In this document: piece after piece, positions 36,891 to 49,906 of the stretch | Numbering within the stretch: the first letter of the stretch is position 1 | How the letters are laid out: each line of letters begins with the position of its first letter | From: Oopsacas minuta | Lineage: Eukaryota > Animalia > Porifera | NCBI GenBank assembly: GCA_024704765.1 | Contig: JAKMXF010000296.1 | Span: 73,025-128,618, forward strand | Length of the DNA: 55,594 bases | Direction: 5' to 3' | Position numbers and translations under genes: made by a program | The notes under the pieces: generated by a model | What the model was told of the DNA's origin: nothing | The model's database searches: none | Seen by the model: only the letters and a program-made list of their open reading frames with translations

Positions 36891-38677
36891 TTGGCCCCCA
36901 TAAAAATTTGGAATTAGAATGCCGCCCGCTTAGAAAAGAGTTTGCTCACCCCTGCCCTAAGTGGTATTTTTCAGGAGTAAGGATATAATGAATGTAAATA
37001 CATGGCTTTTGTATACCAATAATACCTAGACAACAGAAAATGAAATAAATCATCTTGTACTGTATGTGAGGCTGGAGCATTGCAATTGAGCTTGCAATTA
37101 TGGCTCAATTCTCTATATTTTGTACAAACAACCAAGTGCCTAAACCTGTTAATCCAGGGTCGCTTTGAGACGAAAGACAATTTGTTCCTAGTACTTAGCA
37201 TGAATGAAAGTTTCTAGCCAAATGTTCACGATATTTTCGAACAGCTTATTACATGCTTCAGAAGCTCCCTCAGAAATTGTTTCATCCCCAAACCATCATC
37301 GTATTCTCTGATTAACTCTGTACTATTAAGTATGAGCTAATAATTTATGCAGGCATAGAACTATTTTCGCCCAGAGGAATTGTGTCAGTATGCATTCATA
37401 GGTTTCTCGGCATTAGACTTAATGGGCATTGGTATAGATCTCCCTATCACTGTTAAAGCAGCGTATAATAACTGAGAGGTTGATGTGAATTTTTCTTAGT
37501 GAATCGTGTAAATCTGAAGGAATAATGTAGTGATCCGATGTATGAAATAGTTGCGGCATTCAAAAAGTTCCCATCCTTAGTTTATTGCAGCCAAACTCTA
37601 CTCGATTAGATGAAATGCATGGTATATCCTAATAGGTCTATTGTTTACCTATTTAATGCTGTTGAACAATTCACTCTAGCTATTATATATCTTGATCTAT
37701 CCCACTTTCAAATTACCTATTTTAGAGAGTCAACTTTTTCTTGCGTTTAAAACACATATGAAGCAAAACCGAACAACGAGCTTGCATAAAGATTAGTACC
37801 ATAGTCAGTGACAAAACACTCCAGATACATGAGGATCTCGTCACCGTTTATCATGGGGAAGCTATAGTGTATCCCACTGTAAAGGAATAGACACATAAAT
37901 TTAAGGCTGGTAGGGGCAGGATTGAAGATGACCCTCGGACCGGAAGACATTTCCGCTACTACCCTGAAATTGCCTCTGAAATTCTGGAACTTTTGGATAT
38001 TGACCCACATTTGAGCGTTGAAGAAATTCCCCTAATCCTGGACATTTCATCGGGAAGTGTTCATACAATTCTACACGATTATCTCGAATATTGAAAGACA
38101 AGACAGCGGGATGGATGTCAAAATCCTCACAAATGTGCAAAAGGAGAAGAGGATTTCATCCGCGAAAATATTTCTTGAAGAATGGTGAGATTGTGTTTCT
38201 CGAAGGTTTAATGAAATCGTTACTCGTGACGAAACTTGGATTGTATTTCTGAACCTCTGCTTAAGGGACAAATCAAATCGTGGCTCACTAATGGTTCTAA
38301 TCCGCCAGAAAAGGCACGTCCGGACTTCCGAAACGATAAGGTTCTCTACAGCATATTTTTTGATGCGGATAAGCCAGTGGCTCAAGTACCTGTGCCTAAG
38401 GGAGAACGACTCAATGGAGAATTTTACGTAGATAAATGCCTGAGAGAATTCAAGAAAGTCTATAAAACACGACGTCCGCGTACAGGAACTCGAGGAATCA
38501 AACTTCTCCACGATAATGCCAGACCTCATGTTTCAAAATACGTTAGGGAAGTGATTGAGGATATCGGGTTTGAAACGATAGAACATCCTCCGTATACCCC
38601 AGATCTATCACTTTGTGATTTCTGGCTATTTCCTGAACTGAAAAAACATCTCGGAGGACAGCTATTTCATATACGAC

Positions 38678-41135
38678 CAGAGCTGCAAATGGGTCACTGA
38701 CCCATGGGCCAATGGGTCAGATGGGTCAGTGGGTCATGGGTCATGCGTTAATGGGTCATGACCCATCAAAATTTTATTTATATACTATGTAGGCTTAAAA
38801 GAGTTATTTGTCAATTAGAAAACCTTCTAAATAGAGTTAATAGAGGTGGTCATTATACTAAATGTTTGGAATACTACAAGTGAGAGTCATATTATGTCTT
38901 CAGGTGTAGTAACTGCAATCATCAATTAAGTTTTCGTGTCTTAATCTTATCGGCAAACCTACTATGTACAATATTACCGGAATCATAGGATTGCAATTCA
39001 AATAGACAGAAATCTTCAAGTATAAATATATATCTAGACTGACAGTTTTCATTTATATATTCCTCTGAGATCTACTTACTGTCATAAATGTCTAACAACT
39101 GTGAAGATGTAAGGGCTGCTCTCCACCATGGTGATATGTTCTTATGCAACAACGACGACCCAAAGTGCAAAACAGATGTGTGGAAGAAATTCCGATTGAT
39201 AAAAATCAAAGCAACTAATGAATTACTATTTGGTTGGTCAGCCTGTAAAGATTGCTTCGTATGTCTAAAATTCAAAGCAAAACAAACTGATGGCTCTGTT
39301 AGATTATGTGGAACTAAAAATCTCGCGGACCATTGCAAAACCTGCTCCCCCAAAGGGGAAACTCAATCTTCTGTAGCAAGTTTTTTCAAGAGAACCCCAG
39401 GAAAGCACTTCACAAGAGAAGAAGGGAAGCGAGTGAAGGATGCGGAGGTCCGTATGGTTGTTCAAGGTGGTACTTCATTTATGTTTGCTGATAATCCCGG
39501 GTTGAGATTATTTGCTCAGAAAATGATCCAAATTAGAAGCATGTACGGAAATCTTGATGTTAATGACGTGCTTTTTGGTAGAGAAACGGTCAAAAAGTCT
39601 ACATTTGAGAAAATGACTGAGTCTCAAGAGAAAATAAAGAAATCAATTGCGGAATGTTCTTTGAACAAAATGGTGGCGTTTACTACAGATTTGGCGACAG
39701 ATAACATAAACCATAATTCTTATCTCGATTTTACCGTGTTCTGGATAGATGGTTCGTGGACCCTGAATCATTCAATGTATCGATGTTCCTATTTCCTGAA
39801 AAGCATACTGCCGTCAAAATAAAACAAGTGATTGATGAAAATCTGTCTGAACTAAATCTATCTCTTGTGGACACGCCATGTACTACTGATAAAGGATCAA
39901 ATTTCATATGCGCTACTCTTGCTAAAACCCATGTTGATTGCGCATGTCATCGTATAAATACCGTAATTGACATTGCATGGAAACAAGCTATGGACTCAAA
40001 TCCTGAGCTGAAGCTCCTTGATCAGTCTGCTCATAGTTTGGTAAAATTTGTTAATCAAGCGCGTGGAATTCAATCAGAACTTCCTACAACACTAAAACAC
40101 GGAGGGTGAAACACGCCCATGGAGGAGTTTACATTCTATGTGTTTTTCTATTCTAGTGAGTAGGGAGACTTTAGTCATAGAACTTCGAAAACGAAAACGT
40201 GAGAATTTAATTTATCATTTCGATATCGATTTGTTAAGGGAAGTTGTTGAGTTTCTATCTGGTTTTTCTGATTTATTTGACTTGCTAGAATATGCCAATA
40301 AACAGACCCTTCAAAATGTCGTCCCAGTATACTACACGCTGTACGAACTTTGGCAAATAAAAGAAGAAGATTCTGAAATACAGCAAGTTCTGAAGGCAGA
40401 ATTTCTTCCGGTAGTGACAGAGAAGTTGTGGGACAGTATTGGGATGCTTCATCTCAGTGCTACGTTTCTTGATCCATCGTTGAGATCATATACGTTCGTA
40501 AGATCAAAAGTTGATCGGGAGGGTTTCTTTAGACAGATCAAGGAATCTCTTCTTATTCTAGTAAAAGAGGTGGATCAAACTAATGAAAGTGTTAATATCG
40601 AGGATGTTGCCATTACCAACTTTGAGTTGGATCAATCTAACCTTGATATGCAACCTCAAAAGAAGGTTAAATATGATCCATTCAGTTGGTTTCAAATCAA
40701 AGAGACCACGACATCAACAACAACAAATCAAATTACAGACATTGATTTACAATTTAATGAAGAATTGCAAATGTACATTCAAGAAACTGTTCCGAAACGG
40801 GAGAATTTTAATCTCCTTGATTGGTGGAAGCAGAATAAACTTAGGTTCCCATTATTATCAATAATTTCCATGAGACTATTGGTAATTCAGGCATCCTCAT
40901 CCGAAAGCGAGAGACACTTTAGTGTCTTTAATGCTCGGCATATCGTAACATCTCAGCGGAATGCAATGTTGCCAGAAACTATCGAAGCTATTTCTGTTGT
41001 GTTGGAAGGATATAAAACAACTTGATTTAATCATTGTGTTAGACTAAATACTTACATTATACTTGTTCCTAATAATGAAATACATAATGGGTCAATGGGT
41101 CATGGGTCACTTCATGTGACCCATTTGCAGCTCTG
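38678..41135 (+). mobile_element. Full-length hAT transposon (Hermes/hobo-like), near intact
   Basis: Perfect 20-bp TIRs CAGAGCTGCAAATGGGTCAC, perfect 8-bp TSD TATACGAC, ATGGGTCA subterminal arrays. Confidence 0.96.
39088..41025 (+). pseudogene. hAT transposase with two single-base frameshifts (about 39795 and about 40105)
   Basis: VWKKF..CKDC..NLADHC (BED-like), FTTDLATD, TTDKGSN, CACH, ETRPW, FLDP, LLDWWK, SSSESERHFS. Three ORFs in frames 1, 3, 1 with no other stops. Confidence 0.92.
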
Positions 41136-42559
41136 TATACGACAAGAGCTGGGAAACGGGATTTACCACTACATCAATCCAGTGGATAGAGGCGAGTATA
41201 ATAACATATTTTCGAAGTGGTTTGAAGGCCACAACTATGCATAGATGCATAGATGTAGAGGGGAGTATTTCGACATTTTATGTAGAAATTTGATTAGTAA
41301 GTGTAGTGTTAAGATTTAAACAAAGATTGTAACTTTTTGGTACCCTAGTACTTGTATGTTTATTGCTGAAGCATTCAAGGGCTATGTTGCCAGTAGATGT
41401 TTTCCCATCATCTCTAGAGGGTTGGTCGATTTTCATACAAGTTTTTCCCTGTAAATACCCACTAAGATACATTTTTAAGAGTCTTTGACTTTGGCAGTAG
41501 TTTGTGACCATTTCTTACATTCAGTGTATAAATTGTATACCAAAAGCATGAACCCTTGAAAGGCAAGGAATGATATTAATATCAGACAATGGTTCATGAG
41601 TCAAACCGAAACGCTGTTATGAAGGAAGTGGTAAATACTCTGTTGTATCAATGGAAGAAAATATCTCCTTTGCGGCTATAATTGTTCTGTTAATAGGATA
41701 CCCAGATCTTGCCAAATCAATATCATTTAGCTTAATGAATGGGGATGTGCATAATTGACATTTCGCACCAGCTACACCAGAAAGTATACCTGACATTTTC
41801 CCATCTATCATACTGCGGGATACCTTCACTGTTACATGCCTTGAGGAAGAGAAATACCTTCTTGTTCAATTATGATTGTTTCTGGATTGATGTAAGTATC
41901 CATTATAAACCTGACAATTTTCTTCGCTTTCTTTCATGGCTATTAAAGCAACTGGCCGAACCTTAAAGTGTGAATTTGGAATTGTATAAGAGGTTTCCTG
42001 ATCTTGATGGATAGATTTTGCCTCGAATACTGTCCGGTCGGGAGAGCATCTTTTTGACAGGGTGTTCAACAATAGAAGAGTAGAATAATATCTCTTCTCA
42101 GGTGTTTATATCACGATTTCTCAGATAATTAATGAATTTGAGTTCTCTGAGTTTTGCTCCTAATAGTATTCAGCTTGCTATCAGGTAGTCCAAAAACCGA
42201 AGTATTTCATTAGATGAGGCTCTAACGGAAGGAAAAAGATTTGAGAATGTCATAAGCCTCACAATTTTTCATTATCTGTCTAATCAATATAGTGAAATAT
42301 TATAACTAAGGAATACTTGATGAGTTTAACTGAAGCAATATTAAGATTGCATAACCATAATATTTTGATAGTTGAAATTGAAATATAGACCCTCATACGC
42401 ATCAACATTATTTAGAATGTAGAAGTCTTACTACTTTAATAATTAGGTTTAATAGGTTTCAGACTATGTTGAATCTGATAATATGGGTCTTATCTATATT
42501 TAATATGGTAAAACTCCATCTCTATTTCTCCTATTTTTCCCGCTGTAGAGTCTCTGGAG

Positions 42560-42612
42560 AGTACAGAACGAAGTTTTAGTGTACTTCGTCGGCTCAAAAC
42601 ATGGCTTAGATT
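42560..42612 (+). pseudogene. Short hAT C-terminal dimerisation-domain remnant
   Basis: Translates as STERSFSVLRRLKTWLR. Confidence 0.7.
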
Positions 42613-44746
42613 TCAACGCCCCTGCTAGTGTATAAATTGTTTGTTCGAAATTCACATATTAAATATTCGGATCTTTTGGTCTTTTGACTGGGTTGTATTA
42701 TCTTGCCGATTTTTGTCTATCTGAGGGTTTAAACAATTGAAAATCTGGTCTACTTCATTTGCCCTATAGATATATTTGTGACTTTTCATAATACGGGATT
42801 AGTACATGCCCTAATTAATATCAAATAATGTGTAGCCTTCGTGTTTATTGTCTCTTGGTGTATATATTAGCTATCAAAATCATATTTTCTATCACTATTT
42901 AGCATAATTTTTGTCCTTCGTGTTATTTTGTCATTATCGCTGTGCACTTAAATGGAGAAAATAACTCTATTTCAACTGTATTTATCAAGTTTCGTTTAAT
43001 ATGCAATGTTACGTATGTTAGAAAGTGCTCGTAACCGGATGTGCTTAATTTGTATCTATTAATCTGGATATCCGCCTAATCCGGATGCCATATCAATCCA
43101 ATTACTATTTTGTCCGCTAAATCCGGATTATTCATCATTTTTGGAATATATTCTACCGAAAAAATATAACCAATTTATCCTTAATTAGGATTTATCATAT
43201 TTGGTATTGTACATTCATTTTCAAATGAAACTATTGACATGCAGACCATAGGATAAATAATATTTTGAGACATTATTGACAGGCTATGATATAATAATCA
43301 TTTTCCTATATTATTATTAGACATTTCGAAGCCAAGTGCGTGTAATCCGGATACATTTCTGAGGTCCCAGCGAATCTGAATTACCGCACTTGACTGTATA
43401 CATTTATGTACCTGTAGGTGTATTAGGCCGGATCGAGAAAAGTATACATCGTCGCTTCAACTTCTACCTACGGCAAAGTGGCTTTTACTCTTTTCTAGGA
43501 AAATGCGAGACATAAATTTGAAAAATATTTCGAGTTGACCCTTGCGGTTTTATATTTTTGCTGTGTCACTTTCGCAAACTTGACTTTAAATTGTCCGAAT
43601 TTTCTAATTCCTTTGACTTAGCCCCTTTAGATATATTATTTGGTAATAGTAAGTCGCATATTTGTTTTCGTATGATGTATTAGGCTAATTTCTATATCCA
43701 AAGATACTCAAGTTATCATGATATTTTTTGCATATTCTATCATACCCTAATAATATTATCTACCCCCCTTTTTTTCCGAAGATTTGCANGATTTCAGAAT
43801 AACTAGACGTGCTAGAGAAATTCTGATTGCAGATTCGAGTTCAGCATTCAAAAGTATGCTAAGATAAATGTATGTGATCTCTGATGAGAAATCTTGTTGA
43901 GTTGTGTAATTCGATAAATAACTTTATTTGGAACTGATCAACTAATATATATGTTAGATGGTTGAAATTTGAATCACACGTACTCCTCAATGTATTAAAT
44001 ATCCTGACAGCATGATTTGGACAAAATGCAAACTCAATAGTAGAGGTCGCAAGCTTGGAGGTTTTGTGCATTCTAATTAGTACGTATTCGAATATATAAT
44101 TTGATAGGGCTAGACTATCCCAATTGTTAAACGGACATAAACTATCATATCTGCATGGGCAAGACATTTTGACACATATCACATATAATTTAGAGACCTC
44201 ATTTTGCTCTTAGAAATTTATTACATTCCACACACATGATAAATATCTAATTTCTAGCTCTTACTTACCAGTTCCTCAATCAATTCTATACAAATCACCA
44301 AGATATGTTCAACTTTCATTTTCCTTTTAAGCGAAGTGGGCCGGTTTAAAATTTTCACCCGATTATCGGGCCAGTGCGCCCCTGTGGGAGACCAAATTAT
44401 AGTATATAGGTAACTATCGAGATATATTTGAATTGATGAATCTAGATGAGGCGCTTCATTTGTTTGAATTTTTGCATTTATTTGTTAGAGTTTTTAAGCT
44501 CTCACTTGTAAGAATAATTTACTACACAACCTTCAATTACCATAATGTATTCATTACATTTTTGGGACGAAGTACTATTGTAAATAATTGCAAAGGATCT
44601 AAAACCTTTGAAATTTTTGGTGCGATCACGATCACTATCTCACTTTTTGAAATGGATGGAAGATCCTATTCCGATCCTCGATAAGGAATTAGATCAGGAT
44701 AATACGATCTTTGATCAAAGATCCTAATGACCTAATTATAAGTTAG

Positions 44747-45008
44747 TAGCGAGCTTCGTTTGCTAGGTCGCTCCGGGACAGCTTAGTGCCTCAGTTTAGC
44801 CTAAGTATTAAATAGCTAAATTTCTTTATGGTTTGGGTCGCTCGCGATCGGATGTTATACTAGGCACTATGTGCCTCGAGGAAATTTTTTGTGGTAATTT
44901 TTATTTTGCATTATCTACGGCCCATCCAAATTCCATTTATTGGCCTTCTGTGCTGACACTGGAGATGCTACTTCGCTTTTGGCTAGTAATCTCGGCACTT
45001 CCCTCGGG
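44747..45008. repeat. Dispersed repeat, copy of 51777-52038
   Basis: Shared GCTTCG..TGCTAGGTCGCTCCG..ACAGCTTAGTGC...GGAGATGCTA..TCGCTTTTGG.TAGTA.TCTCGGCACTT. Confidence 0.85.
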
Positions 45009-45507
45009 TATTAAGAAATTCTGAAATTTTCTAAATTTTGAAACTTTGGAAACTTTGGATTTTTTTGTACAGTTATGTTGACGCAATAATCCCATGATGA
45101 GGTAGCCTTTGATTATAATCATAACTTCAGGACATTTGTCACATTGAAGGGTAGCTGTGATTCAAATTTCCAACTTCTATCATGTAAATTGGCTGAGCAG
45201 CGGTTAATAATGTGACTTTTCAAATATCCAGGAAGGTAACAATTACGTCAGAATTTCGTCATAAGTGTGAATTTTCGTCCAAGACTCGAACCTGTTCGAT
45301 CCAGGCCAAAGATACTCCTGGATGCCACAAATTAGCCCTGCTGGTCCAGCAGTTTCTTCCATCAATTCTGGACTTTCAAAACACATAAAAACATACAAAC
45401 ACGCACACACCGTCACACAACATACAATTTTCGTTAATATTAACATTTGCATAGCGCTCCTCTGGACACACCGGCATTTCTGGACAGTCTTTTAGCTGGC
45501 CGCTATA

Positions 45508-46848
45508 CAAGGTGGCTCCAAAGTTCTGATACAAAATCATGATTAATATACAACCATTATCAGGAAGCATTCTCAATGGTTTGCTCTCCCATGACATACC
45601 TTATACGCTTCCTAACAAATATTATTTCAATTTGGTGTATTCTATTTCGAAAAAAATTGTGATTGACCATGGAATCTGAGAGGTCAGCAACTATTGAGTT
45701 GCATATGGCGGGGAAAAGTCCATCAGAAATTTTGAAACTGCTGAATATTGCAAAAGGACGTAGGGCATTTATCTACAGGACGATAAATCGATATAAGGAA
45801 ACTGGGGACACTGTAGACAAGCCGAGATCTTGTCGTCCATGCTCTGTAACGACCTCAGCTCTCAAGAAAGTGGTGCGAGAACGGATTCGGCGGAACCCAC
45901 ACCGTTCGATGAGGAAAATGGCCTTGGAGCTCAATATATCTCGCCGAGCAATACAAAAGGTTGTCAAAAGGGACCTAGGAATGCGCTCTTTTAAACGCAA
46001 AAAGGTACAATTCCNNNNNNNNNNNNNNNNNNNNNNNNNNNNNNNNNNNNNNNNNNNNNNNNNNNNNNNNNNNNNNNNNNNNNNNNNNNNNNNNNNNNNN
46101 NNNNNNNNNNNNNNNNNNNNNNNNNNNNNNNNNNNNNNNNNNNNNNNNNNNNNNNNNNNNNNNNNNNNNNNNNNNNNNNNNNNNNNNNNNNNNNNNNNNN
46201 NNNNNNNNNNNNNNNNNNNNNNNNNNNNNNNNNNNNNNNNNNNNNNNNNNNNNNNNNNNNNNNNNNNNNNNNNNNNNNNNNNNNNNNNNNNNNNNNNNNN
46301 NNNNNNNNNNNNNNNNNNNNNNNNNNNNNNNNNNNNNNNNNNNNNNNNNNNNNNNNNNNNNNNNNNNNNNNNNNNNNNNNNNNNNNNNNNNNNNNNNNNN
46401 NNNNNNNNNNNNNNNNNNNNNNNNNNNNNNNNNNNNNNNNNNNNNNNNNNNNNNNNNNNNNNNNNNNNNNNNNNNNNNNNNNNNNNNNNNNNNNNNNNNN
46501 NNNNNNNNNNNNNNNNNNNNNNNNNNNNNNNNNNNNNNNNNATTCTGTATGGTCTATCTTGGAAAACAAGGCTTGTTCTGTGTCACACAACACAGTTAGC
46601 TCTCTAAAGATTTCCTTGCGTCGAGAATGGGAGAAGATACCCCAAGAAACTCTGCGTGCCGCAGTAGAAGGATTCCCGAACAGACTCAGGGCTGTCATTT
46701 CCAAAAAGGGTGGTTATATTGAATAAATGACTAGGCAATCTCTTCCTAATAGTATGTATTAATTATATATAGAGAATCAATAATGTAGGTCATGCTGAAT
46801 AAATATTATAGACAAAATGGTTTGTATCAGAACTTTGGAGCCACCCTG
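45508..46848 (+). mobile_element. Tc1/mariner-superfamily element, probably maT (DD37D-type); catalytic region lost in assembly gap
   Basis: TIRs CA.GGTGGCTCCAAAGTTCTGATACAAA with TA flanks. Clean N-terminus MESERSATIELHMAGKS...RERIRRNP.RSMRKMA and clean C-terminus (Y)SVWSILENKAC...RLRAVISKKGGYIE*. The catalytic triad cannot be read. Confidence 0.85.
46015..46541. other. Assembly gap (run of N)
   Basis: Ns from 46015 to 46541. Confidence 1.
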
Positions 46849-48109
46849 TATGCATGTTTGACTTAATTTGATAATAATAAGTGGACAAAATTTTTTAGAC
46901 ATATTTATATTTGGGGAGTGACTGCACTTCCGGTACCAGGATCGATCTAATATATCTTTGAGTACGAGTACCAGTATTGCAGGCCAGATTATACCCCTGT
47001 CCTAGAATATTCCTGGGTATAATTCGAGATAGCCTGCGTGATATCAGTTTATAATCTGGCCTAGTCTATATTATTCACCCATTCCACTTGTTAGTCAGCT
47101 CCAATAGAGAGATAACCTAATAGCATGGTCCGCATGGAAATGTAGGACACCCGTCTTTTCGTATGTACTCGCGGACATGCGAAACCTAGTCTCATTAATA
47201 CCAAAATTTGTACTATTATAGTATAATTGGGATTTAGAATTGCACATGTGATATAAAATTGTTGAGAGAAATTTTCTAGAGATTTGATTCATAGTGTTAT
47301 CAGGGACATTGGGGGTGATTAAGGGCATATAGTCAGATCTTTTAAGCAGAGAGAATCCAGACCCCAATATATATCAATATTTATGACGTCTGCTTATTTT
47401 CATGGCGATAGCCTGGTAGATGGCCGCTTGGACGGCGGGCGGACTCACGTAATAGAGCATCTCCTTATCGAAGGTGCTATCTCAATCCTTTTTAGCGCAA
47501 GGATCGAGATCAAGATCTCCTATCATTTTTTAATGAACAATCGTGTTCGTTATCGCGATCATTAATTCAATGATCAACTAATCACCTAAATTAACGTAAT
47601 ATGAGTAAGTGTAAATTGATCTATTATGCATGTCATATTTGTTGGATAAAACCATTATTTTCGAAATACAATTCATTTTACTATTATTTATGTATTAAAG
47701 GGTATGATCAGTGCAACGACCCTCCCCACATTTTTGGTCAACCTGAAGGCCCTGGCCCTTAGTCTAGCATAACAAATATCACTAAAAACTTGATTCTAAT
47801 GGCTATAATTGTTCATTGGGTAGGACCATAACCCAGAGGCAGGAGCTACTCAGTCCTAGTCTGTCGGCTGCACAATGCTTGGCACACTTCTAGTAAACCT
47901 TTTAGTAAAATTAGCATAATAAACTAGTGTACATCTGGCAACAATGTTGGGCATTATTCAACTGTTATTACTCATAGTCAAGGAATTATCTAGGAACGCC
48001 AGACGCTCCTTTTGGCATACGATTTTAAAAGAAATTTGCGTTAGGAGCACGAATTTTCAAACATTTTGCGATATCACTGGTTCATATCCCATGTCATAAC
48101 ATAATTTTG

Positions 48110-48740
48110 TTGATTTAGGCGTACAGAAATACCGAGATCATGAATAGGAGCGCGTTCTGAAAAGTCTGTGTAATACCCTGCTCCCAGTATATTGATATTT
48201 TTGACATACACAATCCATCGATTTCCTGAACAAATACACTTTTCAGTATATAAAAAATAAATTACCACATGGGGTGTTCAATAATCCAAAGGTTGCTGCT
48301 ATAGAAGCTGGATTGCACAATAGTTTTCTCCAATTCCAGTAAATATAGTATATTGCATATAGAGCTAGTGATATACGTATTGGATAATAGATATAGTGAT
48401 CAAAATCACTCCAGGTTTGTCCTGATCCATTTTTCATGAATATTTGCTTGATATTGTGATAATTTGGCCGTCAATTATGTGCCCGCGACATTATCACAAT
48501 ATTCAGTATCGATTGTAGTAACATTTTCATAGACTCAAAAGCGCATTTTTATATGGTAAATAGTTTGCATAATTCAAATTCGAATATTGCATCGGAATTC
48601 TTGCCAAAATGGTTTCTAGTAGGTAAACAGAATATACTTGTTATTATGGTGTTAGAAAATATATTAACAGAAACAGGACCCTCTGTGGAGTTTTGTCAAT
48701 GGGCAGATACATGTTGGAGACGATAGCGAGTATATGGATT
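48110..48740 (-). pseudogene. Possible multi-pass membrane (7TM/adhesion-GPCR-like) pseudogene fragment
   Basis: One minus frame with few stops and spaced hydrophobic stretches: PVSVNIFSNTIITSIFCLP, MLLQSILNIVIM, PIRISLALYAIYYIYWNW, IAATFGLLNTPCGNLFFIY. The family call is by eye only. Confidence 0.3.
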
Positions 48741-49906
48741 AATTTAAGGAGGGCTTATCGCAGATCATAAATTCTATTAAATACATCAGAACTTTAGTAT
48801 CTGAAAATTGAGTTTAATATTCTTCTATATTGATTGTATTTTTATTTCATTAGAGATAACATATAATAAATTAATATCACCAATTAACCAACTGAAAGAT
48901 TAATCTAGGCTAGGACAGACTATACCCTATGGTGGTAAAAATAAGTGAAAATTGGTGCATTTGCAAATACTGCTCAAATACAACACATGTTTCCAATACA
49001 ATTACAAATACACTGAGAATATAATTTTAACATCAATAACAGTTACAAAATATGTATTTGACCTAATCCTCGTATACACTTATAACAATCATATACAATG
49101 CTCTATTTAGGTAAAAATGATTACGAAATAATTGACGATCTTCCAGATGTATTATTCCCTGACAAAGAAGCTGTTAAGAAGGTGTTAGGTTCTAACAATC
49201 TCTCTCTCTTTTATAAAGAACTGTTCATCATATACAAAGAGTTGCTTACTACACAGAAATATCTCTCCAGGGCAAAGCGATACACTTTAAAATAACAACG
49301 AAATTACAGAGTTGGAATCCGATAAGGTTCATAATTACATAAAGATTGGAATCTTCTTAGAATATTATTTCATTATCTTACGTATATTAAATAATTACAC
49401 ATTACATGTAGTATTAATTGTCAGTATTTTACGTATAGCTAGCGTGATTCGCTTGCTCGCGGCTGAGCGGCTTACGAACACTCTGAGTTCTCATGAGGCT
49501 CGGCACTTCGTCCCTCGAATTCAGCAAAGTATATAAGTAGCAACGTATTCATATTGCCATGTCTAAGTCCGTAGGACCTTGGTTTGCATTTGTACAATCC
49601 AATCACTTTCTTTTTGGTTCTCGAGAATTGCGGTACAGGTGGAACATTTCCGACCCACTAGATCCAACAATTATGCCATGAAAGTCTACAACTGCTATCC
49701 AAATAGTGATTTAGAAATTCGCAATCATCGCACCCGATTACTCCAGTATAACTGTTGAAAGCAAGTTTCTAGGATTAACTAGAAAGTTGTTTATATTATA
49801 CACTTAATAAACGACAAATATTCAAAATACGTAGTTGAAAATACTATATTCAAATTCAACGTACTTGATTATCCCCATATTTCTGTTGAGAACATGTCTC
49901 TAAGTA

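Larger units (their letters stand above)
35235..36954. mobile_element. hAT-type MITE expanded by Tc1 and MITE insertions
   Basis: TIRs CAGGGGTG.GCAAACT and 8-bp flanks TCCTAAGT / CCCTAAGT (7/8). Confidence 0.85.
37550..41348 (+). mobile_element. mariner (DD34D) transposon inserted at TA in the second Transib, itself split by a hAT
   Basis: TA flanks and degenerate TIRs sharing CAAAAAGTT. EQRACIKI..., EDDPRTGR, IVTRDETW, LLHDNARPH, HPPYTPDLSLCDFWLF (34 residues between Ds). Continues after 41143 as QELGNGIYHY...FSKWF...RCIDVEGEYF. Confidence 0.88.
36971..42330 (-). pseudogene. Second, divergent Transib transposase, split by mariner/hAT insertion
   Basis: FKVRPVALIAMKESEEN (~41930), SMIDGKMSGILSGVAGAKCQLC (~41790), DDGKTSTGNIA (~41400). 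After the mariner: IPSDLHDSLRKIHINLSVIIRCFNS (~37500), FLWAKIVLCLHKLLAH, SEGASEACNKLF-RKYREHLAR (~37250), VCTKYRELSH (~37120). TIRs not securely found. Confidence 0.82.

Noticed and set aside
38071-39353. Minus-strand ORFs 38071-38529 and 39072-39353 (and similar ones at 22746-23753, 50620-50881)
   Set aside because: Antisense to well-supported transposase frames.
43859-44240. Cys-containing minus frames (IMCVECNK, IICDMCQ, FCPNH) suggesting a PHD finger
   Set aside because: The motifs fall in different frames with stops and the Cys/His spacing does not complete a PHD.
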